From assembly GCA_951406725.2 (NCBI GenBank), contig OX597834.1, positions 33,666,001 to 33,730,000 on the forward strand: DNA of 64,000 bases, read 5' to 3'. The position numbers were made by a program, and so were the translations under genes. The stretch's first letter is position 1. Each line of letters opens with the position of its first letter. Origin of the DNA: Octopus vulgaris (lineage: Eukaryota). Below the pieces are notes generated by a model. It was not told where the DNA came from. It ran no database searches and saw only the letters and a program-made list of their open reading frames with translations. Positions 52,122 through 64,000 of this stretch are shown one piece after another.

Positions 52122-52886
52122 CCTGTCTGTCAGTCCCTCTCTCTCTCTCCCTCTCTTTTCCCCTCCAATCGACGCACTATTATGAAGATGATGATGATGA
52201 TGGTGGTAGTTTAGTGTGGTATGTCGATGTATTGTATATCTCCTCCCCTCCTCTCACTTTTCCATTCTCTCTCTCTCTTTCTCTACCTCTGTCTCTGTTT
52301 ATCTCTCTTACTTTCCTTCTCTCTCTCTCTTCCTCTCTCTCTCTACATACCTTCACACACACACACACACAACGAAATCTCTCTATACTCGCTCTCTCCA
52401 TATTTCCTCTCATCTATGCCTCTTTCTATTCCTCTATTTATCCATTCGCTACCCTCTCTTTTTCTGCTCATCCTCTCTCACTACTCTCGCTCTTTCCGCT
52501 TTCCCTCTTCCCCTGTCTTTGTTTCTATCTCATTTTCACTATCTCTCCGTTTGTCTCTCTCCCCCCCTCTCTCTCTCAGTTTGCATCTGTCTGTTTGTAT
52601 GTCTCTGTCTCTTTCTCTCTCAGACAAAACATTTAAAACCGAACTAATGTGATAAGGATGCTTGTCCCAGACGACACTCATTGTCGGTATTACTCTTACC
52701 TTCTCTCTCATACTCTCTTTAATCTTTCTTTCTCTCTGTCCTCATCCATAGATCTCTCTCTTTCTCCCTCCCTCGGTTGCACTCGATAGCTATATTTCAT
52801 ATACCTGAATTTCATTGTTTCTCTCAATCTATCTTTCTGTCAACGTGTCTGTCAGTTTGTCTACCTTTCAACTTTTCTATCTATCT

Positions 52887-52968
<82 letters not shown>

Positions 52969-53141
52969 GTTTAGCTGTTTATATATCTAACTTTCTAAAT
53001 AAATAGAGAGTCAGGAAGATAGTGAGAAAGATAGAGGACGGGAAATAGCTGTTTGGTATCCACTGTCGTAAAACCAGGAAGACTACGGTACAAAATAGTA
53101 CTCAATACATATTTATACAGAGAAAGAGAAAGAAAGAGAAA

Positions 53142-53271
53142 GAGGGAGAAAAGAGAAGAAACAGATAGACTGGGAGAAAGAGAGAGGGAGAAAGGAGAAG
53201 AAACAGATAGACTGGGAGAAAGAGAGAGGGAGAAAGGAGAAGAAACAGATAGACTGGGAGAAAGAGAGAGG
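53142..53271. repeat. 42-bp minisatellite x3
   Basis: GAGGGAGAAAGGAGAAGAAACAGATAGACTGGGAGAAAGAGA repeated. Confidence 0.9.
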
Positions 53272-53320
<49 letters not shown>

Positions 53321-53714
53321 TGAGACCCTGGGGAGGTGGTTGACATCGTGTTTACCGTCCTTCCCTTTCTTACTTCTAAACCATTTCGGCAGTTTTTTTA
53401 AACATTCAGTTAACAAAATATACTTTCCGTTGCTACTCTTGGCCTTTTCCCTTCCCCTTCATTTTCTTCCATTTTTTCTCTTTCTCTCTTTCATTCCTTC
53501 CTTCTTTCATTCATTCATTGTTTCTTTCCCTTTTTTTCCTATTTTCCATATTGTTTTCATCTTTTCTTAATTCATTCTCACGCCTACTCTCTTAATCCTG
53601 TTCTCTCTCTTTAAAAAAATCCCCAAAACACTACAGTATATGTGTACGTGTACGTGTGTGGAGTACGTAAATAGCATCTAGATTTCGTGTATCTGTAACT
53701 GACCAACGTACGAG

Positions 53715-53843
53715 TGTTCCCAACCACATAGTTCCGGGTTCAGTTCCACTGCGTGGCACCTTGGGCAAGTGTCTTGTACTATAGCCTCAAATCGACCAAA
53801 GCCTTATGGGTGGATTTCGTAGACGGAAACTGAAAGAAGACCG

Positions 53844-53878
<35 letters not shown>

Positions 53879-53952
53879 TTTGTGTCTGTATTTGTCCCTC
53901 CATCACTGCTTGACAACCGGTGTTCATGTGTTTACGTTCCCGTAACTTAGCT
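53715..53952 (+). mobile_element. SINE family B, truncated
   Basis: CCGGGTTCAGTTCCACTGCGTGGCACCTTGGGCAAGT...CGTAACTTAGC. Confidence 0.85.
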
Positions 53953-54600
53953 TGATAATGCTGGTTGCAACAAAGTTTCTTATACCATTTTGACACAACG
54001 GTCTCCATTTTGTTCGCTCCAAAGCTGTTTGCTCAAAAGTGTTGTGAGCTCTCTTGACTGCTAAGAGGTTACACTTCAGCTTGTCCTTATATCTGGGCCA
54101 TGATCGACCAACATTCCTGTGCCCACGATCAAGCTGACTCTACATTAGAACTTTGGTTATTATTTCGTCACTCGTTCTGACGATATAACCAACCCAGCGC
54201 AATTGCGACTGCACAAGGAAGCTCTCGATTCCACCAATCTTTTTTTTTTCTTTTCTACTCTAGGCACAAGGCCAGAAATGTCTGAGGAGGAGTCCAGTCA
54301 ATTAGATTGACACCAGTATGCAACTGGTATTTAATTTATCGACCCCGAATGGATGAAAGGCAAAGTCGACCTCGGCAGAATTTGAATCGATTCTACCAAT
54401 CTTACGCTTGCTAAACAGGTCGGTATTAGAAACTCAGTCCTTTAGTAAATAACCGCAGATTGTCCTGAGATAGCTTTTGTAGAAGATGACTAGTTGATTA
54501 ATGTACCATCTAGAGGGTGTCCTTGATTCTGAGCCATACAAGAGAGTAGCAGGAATCGCAGCTTTAGACACCTGTACTTTGTTGTCAAATTTAATGCCTG
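53953..54600 (-). mobile_element. RTE LINE post-RT fragment interrupted by a SINE A (54242-54386)
   Basis: KVQVSKAAIPATLLYGSES...LRTICG...SNTDL..| IESFLVQSQLRWVGYIVR...RYKDKLKCNL...RTKWR; 17-bp TSD TCGATTC(C/T)ACCAATCTT. Confidence 0.88.
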
Positions 54601-54995
54601 TGTGTGTATACACATACACACACACATACAACAGCATAGAGGCTCTTAAACGTGCGTCCACAGGTTTTATTCCAAAATACGCTTAACATATATACACATA
54701 TATATATCCGTACAGAGGGACACTATCTTCCAACTCACAGATATTAAACTAAAGCTCTCACTGTCATCCTCTTGTTGTTCAAAGTATGCTTATTGTCTTC
54801 ACAGAATATTCTTAGCACTTATCGGGACTTCCTCCCGGTTCGCTCTCAGAAATCCAGCTTTAATTTTCCTTTTAGAAATCTGCATTGAATTAACATCCGA
54901 ATAACAGTCGATATTTTTTTACTGCTTTTTGTTTTACACTAATCTCCCGTGATCTTCCTGCTTTTCTTTTTAGCTTCCCCCCTCTCTCTCTCTCG

Positions 54996-55034
<39 letters not shown>

Positions 55035-55183
55035 TTCTCTTTAACATATCACTCTTCTTTTCTCCTTCGTATTTTTACTCTTTCCCTTTTTTTCCTTGTT
55101 TGTTCAATTTTTTTACCCGCTTCTTTACTCTTAATTATTTTCCTTTCGCGAACTTACTATTTTTAATCCCCTTCTTAGCTTCT

Positions 55184-55221
55184 CTTTTTCTGAGAAAGGA
55201 CTAACGTCCGAAACGACGGGG
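55184..55221 (+). ncRNA. Degenerate HHR-like motif
   Basis: CUGAGAAA-GGAC-uaac-GUCC-GAAA-CG-AC: helix II intact, core and UH site mutated. Confidence 0.5.
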
Positions 55222-55719
55222 CGCGGAATATCAACTCACAAGCGTTAAAATGATATTCTTTTTACCTTTGTCAGTTCTCCATGTGTTCACCTTTTAATCT
55301 TTTACTAGTTTCAGTTATTAGATTGTGATGGTGATGTTTGTAAAGGTAGTAATGGTTACAATAATGACGATAATGGTGAATACTTCGGTGGTAGGTGTGA
55401 GGAAGGCGATGGTGGTCGTCGTTATGGTGGTGTGCAGGTGGTGTAGTTGTATTATGCCCCAAGCGTTATCTTTCTGGTCTACCTGTTGCTTCTCCAAGTT
55501 CTTTCTTTCTTACTTTCTTTCTTCGTTTCTTTCTTTTTCTCTCTGTATTTCTCTCTTTCTTTTTTCCCTTCTGTTTCTCTGAACGCCTGAATGTCTGATA
55601 ACCTTCCCCTTAAGTAACCTTCCTTGCTTGATTACCCCATCCCATCTACGCCATCACCAGACCCCCTACCAGCAGGGTCCTGCAAACACCAGTACCCAAA
55701 TCCATTACAACCATTTCTG

Positions 55720-56265
55720 CAACCACCACCACCGCCGCCACCACCACCACCAACACCACTACCACCGCCACTGCCACCGCCACCACCACCACTCCTACCA
55801 CCACCAGCATTTCTACCACCACCAATACCGCCACCACCAACACCACTACCACCACCAAGCACCCCCACCACCACCACCACTCCTACCACCACCACTACCG
55901 CCACTACCACCAACACTAATGCCACTACCAACACCAACACTACTACTGCCGCCGCCGCCGCCGCCACCACCACCACCACCACCACCACCACCACTGCCGC
56001 TGCCACCACCATCACCGTCGCTACAACCACCATTTCTATTACTACCATAAACTTCACCACCAGCACCATCACTATCACAACAGTTACAGACACTGCCACC
56101 ACCCCCATCGCCACCTCCATCACACTACTACTACTACCACTACAACAACCACCACCATTGTTATTACAATCTCCACAAAACTTCGCCGCCACAATCTTCG
56201 CCTTGAGCACCACCACCACCACCACTACCATAGCAGCAACAACAACTATTATCATCATCATCGCC
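55720..56265. repeat. (ACC)n/(GCC)n trinucleotide field
   Basis: Source of the poly-Pro/Thr/His ORFs. Confidence 0.92.
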
Positions 56266-56814
56266 ATCTTTTCCCCCACACCGCTACCCATCTCAAAGCA
56301 CATCCGGTGCATTTTAAGCTAATTTCCTTGCCCCAGGGGGATAAAACAACACGGTCTTGAGCAGGGTACGAACCCTCCATGCATGTGATTCGATATTTCG
56401 AACGACTTCATTTCTAATTTTGAAATGTTATTGCTCTCTTCTGACGCAAGAAGAGGAGGGATGGGTAAAATGCGAGGTTGTGGCGTTCATTCTTTACCCA
56501 ATATTTTTTGTGTTTTTTTCAATATTGGCTTCAACCAACGACATGGAATCTTATTAGTTGATTTAGTCAATATGTTTGTTTAACCCCAGGGCAGCCATGA
56601 TTCAGCAGACATACACTCAAATACGTTCCAGGCATGACCACCCCGCCTCTTTTGCACATCGGACACTACATTGTTCGAGGCGGTTGAGTAAAATTGGGTG
56701 TGGTTGTGAGGCTCGCTTTACAACCGAGTGGTTTGGGGTTCAGTCCCACTTCGTGGAACTTTTGGCAAGAGTCTTCTACTATGCTCCGAAATCGATTAAT
56801 GCCTTGTGAGTGAT

Positions 56815-57095
56815 TTTTATAGAGTTTTAGATCAGAAAATGACCTGTGTTCTTTCAGCTACGTATAGCTTACATTGTTTCGATCCATTGGCATATGGTGT
56901 GAACTTTTCGACTATCTTCCACTTTATTGAATGTGGAGTGGCATTAGACTTCAAACCTTATGCGTGACTAACCAACTTAGTGGATTTACTTTTGTTCCTG
57001 TGTTGGTAGGAAGTTATGTGGTTGGCATAGCGATTTTTGAAGACACCTTCACACAGCCCGATGTAGCTCTTCTGTTCAATGCTAGTAAGTACCTC
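56815..57095 (-). mobile_element. Penelope-like GIY-YIG endonuclease relic
   Basis: QKSYIGLCEGVFKNRYANHITSYQHRNKSKSTKLVSHA*GLKSNATPHSIKWKIVEKFTPY... Confidence 0.85.
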
Positions 57096-57189
57096 TATTG
57101 CAAGAAATGAGAGTTAAATCTCTTAGAGGAAACGCACGTTTATATACACTGGCAGAGGAGATAACTCCCCCATGAGCAAAGCTAGAAAC

Positions 57190-57231
57190 ACTGGACCGTT
57201 TTCGTAGCTTAGTTTAGGACTCATCAGCAGT
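57190..57231 (-). ncRNA. Minimal type I hammerhead ribozyme, intact core
   Basis: ACUG-CUGAUGA-GU...AC-GAAA-ACGG-UC-CAGU; helix II weak; predicted cut between 57194 and 57193. Confidence 0.75.
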
Positions 57232-57672
57232 CTCACTCCTTTGCTTCGATGTGACACCTAAATGCCTCTGTCAGTATATCTATGATATTATATATTTGCC
57301 ATATAAATTTATGGCTTATTTGGAGAAATGCCAATGTTTATACGAAATATTGACAAAAGCAGCAAGGCGCAAGGCTAAGGAGAATTTTAGTCGTTACTAA
57401 TTGTGACTGAGGGTGCTGAGACCACGTACACGTGTGTGTGTGTGTGTGTGTGTGGCTGTGAATGTGCATGTGTGCGTGCAGACACACACACACACACACA
57501 CACACTCACACACACAAACAAACACACGCCCACTCTCAGGTATAATGCGTTGCAGTGTATGTCAATATATTCGGGTACATATTTACAAAACTGCTTTATT
57601 TGGTCGTCCAAAAAAAATTACTCGGCGTTTACGACGGAGCGGGACGTGATGACGTCATGACTACGACGACGC

Positions 57673-57718
<46 letters not shown>

Positions 57719-58520
57719 AATGGTGATGATGGTGATGATGGTAAGGAGGTGGGAAAGAAGGGGATGTGAGACGAATGCGGGAGAAGGTGAGAAAGAAGGG
57801 GCGGAGATAAAGTGGACGAGAGGAAGAGAAGATGGATGCTGACGACGGCAATGATGATGATGATGATGATGATGATGATAATGATGATGATGATGATAAT
57901 GATGATGATGATGACGGAGACGACGATGCGGATGATGACGACGACTATGATGATGAAGATGAAGACGGCGAAGTTAATGATGCAGAGGAGAAAGAAATGT
58001 GATGACTACGATGACGAAATCGACTGTGACCACTATGACGATGATGATGATGACACAAGCCACACACGCACACACAAACACACACACACATACACACACA
58101 CACAGACACATACCCCCCACACACTTATACACACACACCCACCCACACTAAAATACACCCACACTCATACACTCACTCACACACACAGGCATCCCACCTC
58201 CACACACACACACACTCACACACACACGCACACACACACACACATACACATAGACACCCACCTCCACAACCACCTCCACACACACACACGCACAGGATGT
58301 CTCTTTGTCCAAACACGATACTCTGTCCTCGTTTCGCAATTTTCGCTCTGTTCACTTTTTTCTTTTTTTTTTCCTTCCTTTTGTTTCTTTTTTTTTCCAG
58401 ATATTAACATTTTGTTTACTGTCATAAATGAATTTCTTCTCACGAACAGATAAGATATTTGCATGTATACATAATATATACACAATACAAATACACATAC
58501 ACTCACCCATACACACATGC

Positions 58521-58584
<64 letters not shown>

Positions 58585-58592
58585 GTTTATGT

Positions 58593-58637
<45 letters not shown>

Positions 58638-59028
58638 CATAAATATACATATATATATATTTATATATGTGTGTGTATGCATATATATAAATATATATAT
58701 ATATTATATATGTACATATACACACATATATATAATTCACATACAAATAATATATTACATATATAAAAAATATTAATTACATACATACACATGCACGCAC
58801 GCGCGCACACATACACACACACATGCACACAAGCACGCATAAACATACGTGTACACACGCACACACACACACACACACATACCAGATTGCATACGTATGT
58901 TTTCATTTGATACCTAGATACATGCAAATATACATCGTTTGGCTACACCCATCCGCGGACGCATACGCGCATACACGTATGTGTGTGTCATGTGCGTGTG
59001 TGTATGTCGTGTGTGTATGCGTGTATGA

Positions 59029-59065
<37 letters not shown>

Positions 59066-59699
59066 ATCCCCCAAAACCGGAGAAAAAACACTAAAAAGCA
59101 ACAACATGAGGACGTGATATATGCAGAGCATTAATACATACATACATACATACATACATACATACATACATACATACATACATACATACATGTGTGCGTG
59201 TACATATATACCAACATGCAGTCGGCGCCATTAATCTTGAGTAGAACCCAAAGATAAAAGGCAGGTGGTGTCACTGGAATGACATCAAATCTTAAAATTC
59301 ACGAAGCAATTCCCTATTTACCGTAATCCAGGTCATCACTTCTTCCCTGTTATCCGCAATATTCCCCTTAAAAACGATAGTTTTCGTAGGGTTTTCAAGC
59401 TCCTTCTCATTTCTGATGTTATAGACCATGCCTCATTTCCATACATTAACACCGAGTAGACACCGCAGTTTAACGCTCGGGAAATGAAAAAGTCTTAACG
59501 TTTCGAGCCTACGCTCCTGCACAGAAAGGAACAAAGAAAGAAACAGGGAGAGAAAATAAAGAATGTGTAGTGGCTAGCGATCTATCATGGCGAATACCAG
59601 ACAGAGGGGTCAACAAAAAAAGTTTAAAAAGTACAAAAAAGTTAAGAAATACCATATTTACTCGTACATAAATCACACTATTTTATAATTGATTTTAAT

Positions 59700-60010
59700 A
59701 TACGAATCTTGGTCTTGACTCTCAAGATGGTATGCAATTTTGAGAAAGCAGATTTTGCCAGCACCGTTTGTCTTTTGATTTCTTACACACATCTTGCATC
59801 TTCTGTGATCACAGTCCCAAGGTAGTTGAAGGGTCACACCTGCTTAATGATTTGATTTTTCGCTTTCGGTAGACACCTTGGGCTCCTCCTCGCATTCCTG
59901 AAATCTCTGGAAATGCAAGGAGTCGAGGTGCAACACACCAAACAACTCGGGGATGCAACGTCTGGATGCATCATCGACATAGCTCTGCTATCGCAATATC
60001 AGTAAGAGTT
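59700..60010 (-). mobile_element. RTE-like reverse transcriptase fragment
   Basis: SYVDDA...QIIKQV*PFNYLGTVITEDARCV*EIKRQTVLAKSAFSKL. Confidence 0.8.
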
Positions 60011-60079
60011 CCAGTTGACAATGTATTTATGTATGCATGTATGTACACACACATACGTGTATATATATATATATATATA

Positions 60080-60333
60080 TCACGTGACCGATGTAGTTAC
60101 ACATGGCTGGTCACAATGCGTTGTTTTAGCCTTCGAATGACACCACCCCGCTGGCTAAGCGAGCGGGCCAACAGAAGAAAGAGTGGTGAAAGAGTGCAGC
60201 AGAGATCACCCCCCCCCCTGCCGGAGCCTCGTGGAGCTTTTAGGCGTTTTCACTCAATAAACACTCTGAGAATCGAAACCACGATCCTACAACCGCGAGT
60301 CCGCTGCCCTAACCACTGGGCCATTGCGCCTCC
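60080..60333 (-). mobile_element. tRNA-derived SINE (third family)
   Basis: Minus head GGAGGCGCAATGGCCCAGTGGTTAGGGCAGCGGACTCGCGG...GGTTTCGATTC. Confidence 0.85.
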
Positions 60334-60356
60334 ACATATATATATATGTATATCTC

Positions 60357-60497
60357 GGCGCAGGTATGGCTGTGTGGTTTCGGGTTCAGTCCCACGCGCG
60401 GCATCTTGGGCGAGTGTGTTGTAGTGCGATCCTAGGAGGCTCATTGCTGTGTGAATGAATTCGGTAAACGGAAACTTCGTGGAAACCCGTCGTATAA

Positions 60498-60557
<60 letters not shown>

Positions 60558-60762
60558 CCCCTGCCCCACCGCTTGACAACCGTTGTTGGTTTGTTTGTGT
60601 CTCAGCAAAAGAGAATGATAGATTAAGTACCAGACTTTAAACAAACAAGAAAAATCAAACAAGAAAAAACATAAATAACAGGGTCAAATCTGTTCAAGGA
60701 AAATCCTTGAACGCGGTGCCCCAGCATGACCACAGTCCGATGACTCAACCAGGGTAAAGAAT
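60357..60762 (+). mobile_element. SINE family B, decayed
   Basis: GGCGCAGG..GGCTGTGTGG...TTGGGCGAGT...CGCTTGACAACCG...GCGGTGCCCCAGCATG. Confidence 0.82.
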
Positions 60763-61074
60763 AGAGATTAATCAATTAATAATATATATTTATTTATTGC
60801 AGAAATAGACATAATTAGGGATTATGTCTAGTTTGCAATTAATAAACATAATTATAAATTGATTAATCTTCATTTTCTTATTTTCTTAAATTAATATAAG
60901 CCTCAGTTTATCTAATTACCAATTATTTATGATTATTATAATTAATATTCAAAACAAATATAAGGTAATAAACCAGTAAATTCATTAGATATTATTATCC
61001 CTTAATGAGACTTATTTAACCTTTAATTAAACTTACATACATACACACATACATACACACATACATAGATATAT

Positions 61075-61628
<554 letters not shown>

Positions 61629-62369
61629 CACACATAAATCACCGTTAGATAATATACACACCAATCTGAGACAGGAAAATGGAACACTGCCGTCAAAGAG
61701 TCTGTTACATTCTTCTGTCTCCAACATTAGAATATCTTCAAAAACTGGTTATTCTGCTTTTCGCCAGGAACTCGAGTAATTTATTCTTTTATTCGTGAAA
61801 CATTCAATCCGGTCTGTGGGATTCCCTCGAATTTTCTTTCCCTTTCTTTATCTGTCAGGTTTGTGAATAGCCTTAGAACTTCTTCGGTGTGCGGCAATGA
61901 GGTGTTTTGAGCCTATTGTTATAAAACTGCGAGTGTTTCCTATGCGTGAGATTTAGGGTGGAAAAGATCAGTGACAGGAACGACAATAACAGTAGAGGTA
62001 GCAGCAGCAGCAGCAGGAGTAGGGGACAGCAGGACTAGGGGGAGCAAGAGTAGGGGTAGCAGGAGTAGAAGTAAGAGTAGAATGAAGAGCAGGAAAAGAT
62101 GTTAAGAATTACGGTAGGAGTAATAACAGGAGTAACAGTAAAGAACAGCAGCAGGAGTAGCAACATTAAGAGTAGCAGCAACAGGAGTAGATCAGCAGCA
62201 GCAGCTGTAGCAGCAACGGCAGTGAGTAGCAGGAGGAGGAGTAGCAAGCGTTGTAGTTGCAGGAGTAATAATAGCAGCAGAAGGAGTAACAATCAGAGGA
62301 GTAACAGCATCAGTGAATACCTGCAGCGAAAAGAGTAGCAACAGCAGGTGTTAAAGGAAAAGCAACAGG

Positions 62370-62375
62370 AGTAGC

Positions 62376-62416
<41 letters not shown>

Positions 62417-62458
62417 CAGCAGCAGTATTAGTATTAGTATTAGTAGTAGTAGCAGTAA

Positions 62459-62536
<78 letters not shown>

Positions 62537-62537
62537 C
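62370..62537. repeat. (AGT)n microsatellite
   Basis: Produces the poly-Leu ORF on the minus strand. Confidence 0.97.
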
Positions 62538-62724
62538 ATTGAGGTATCATGATTCACTCAGCCTTATGGAAACAACAGCGAAAATATCCCTGAAAAATCT
62601 ATCCTACAGTATCTAAAAATAGAAGACCATATAAGATAAAGTAGGTGATAGTCATGGATGGAATGCTTTACGCCATAAATATGTCTTCCGCTTTACATCG
62701 TACTCAGAGATCGATATATATATA

Positions 62725-62813
<89 letters not shown>

Positions 62814-62814
62814 G

Positions 62815-62856
<42 letters not shown>

Positions 62857-63368
62857 GTTAACGTACGATGTGCAGAACGAGTGCATATACTTAGTTTGGT
62901 CACAGGCAATGAGTAAAGAACGCTTCACACACACAGTGAGGGCGAAGAAATGGGCGAAAAGGAATAGGACGTAGAGGAGGGGAAAAGGAGGAGTGGTAGG
63001 ACAAGAAGGTGATAGAGAAGAAGGAAGACGAAAAGGAGGGGTGGAAGAGGAGAGGAGGAGGAGGAAGAGGACGAGAAAGACAAACGGTGGGTAGAAGGGA
63101 GGGGGAAAAAGAAGTAGGAAGAGGAAGGAGAGTAAATGAGAGTAGATATGGGAGGAGTTAAGCAAATGAAAGAAATTGATTTAATTCTATTTTGAGGTAA
63201 ATTATATAAATTTTGTTTGGAAATTAGTTTTCATTTCATCATTTTATAATAAGCACCAAAAAAAAACTGGAGAGACGTCAAATTATAATTGTTGTTTGTA
63301 TGTCATATTTCCTGATATTACCCATGATGTGTATATCATAAATATATAAATATATATGTATATGTATG

Positions 63369-63428
<60 letters not shown>

Positions 63429-63434
63429 GAGGGA

Positions 63435-63643
63435 GAGAATTCACAAAAGAAAACAAAAGATGAAGGCAGGTGGTGTAGACAACAAACAGATGTATTAGTT
63501 TAACGCTCGGGAAGTGAAAAAGTCTTTAACGTTTCGAGCCGACGCTCCTACACAGAAAGGAACACAGAGAGAAACAGGGAGAGAAAATAAAGAATGTGTA
63601 GTGGCTAGCGATCTATCATGGCAAATACCGGACAGAGGGGTCA
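63435..63643 (-). mobile_element. Penelope-like terminal fragment (family of 6285-6450)
   Basis: TTTAACGCTCGGGAAGTGAAAAAGTCTTTAACGTTTCGAGC. Confidence 0.65.
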
Positions 63644-63681
63644 ACAAAAAAGTTTAAAAAGTACAAAGAAGTTAAGAAATA

Positions 63682-63787
63682 CCATATTTACTCGTACATA
63701 AATCACACTATTTTATAATTGATTTTTAACTGAAAAAACTGGGGTACGACTTATACGCAAGTGCAGCTTATACACGAGTAAATACGG
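63682..63787. mobile_element. pogo/Tc2-like MITE, 106 bp
   Basis: TIR CCATATTTACTCGTACATAA / TTATACACGAGTAAATACGG; left TA present. Confidence 0.75.
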
Positions 63788-64000
63788 AATTTATGTCTGT
63801 ACACACACACACATCGAAGCAGCGAGGCTAACTTCAGACAGTCAATCGAAGTCCCAGAAATAGCAGCCAAAATCGCCTCAAATCACACCTCATTGTCTCT
63901 TTAAAAGAAGGATAGGACGTTGGCCAATAGGAAAAGTTTGCGAAGCTGGAATAAATTAGTTTTCTGCATGGAAGAAGTGGAGCTTAACATCAGGAGAAGG

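Noticed and set aside
55624-56322. Pro/Thr-rich 232-aa ORF (extensin/mucin-like)
   Set aside because: Several frames on both strands are open because of (ACC)n; no signal peptide or splice support.
60268-60333. tRNA gene
   Set aside because: tRNA-like SINE head with no acceptor stem; the same applies to the other A/B-box sequences.
61730-61900. Short minus-strand open frame (LPHTEEVLRLFTNL...)
   Set aside because: No recognisable homology by eye; not supportable.

Overview
Eukaryotic, extremely microsatellite-rich, non-coding-looking DNA. The repeat repertoire (several tRNA-derived SINE families with internal (TG)n/(TA)n, Penelope-like relics, RTE/CR1/Tx1/R4-like LINE relics, mariner, hAT MITEs, non-autonomous Helitrons, a C2H2 zinc-finger relic) fits an octopus/coleoid cephalopod intron or intergenic region; the taxon is inferred, not proven. 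I can support no intact host protein-coding gene, and nearly all listed ORFs are translated simple repeats. The most notable signal is a set of Penelope-type type I hammerhead ribozyme (HHR) motifs. Four have intact catalytic cores (734-803, 42745-42828, 43998-44101, 57190-57231) and all four are on the minus strand. Two sit in adjacent inverted-repeat cassettes whose plus-strand partner has lost or mutated the ribozyme. Also present: a 589-bp solo LTR with a 4-bp TSD, two head-to-head Helitrons, and a ~1.2-kb inverted duplication linked to an RTE insertion. All calls were made by eye; no database search or folding program was run, and the boundaries of decayed repeats are approximate.
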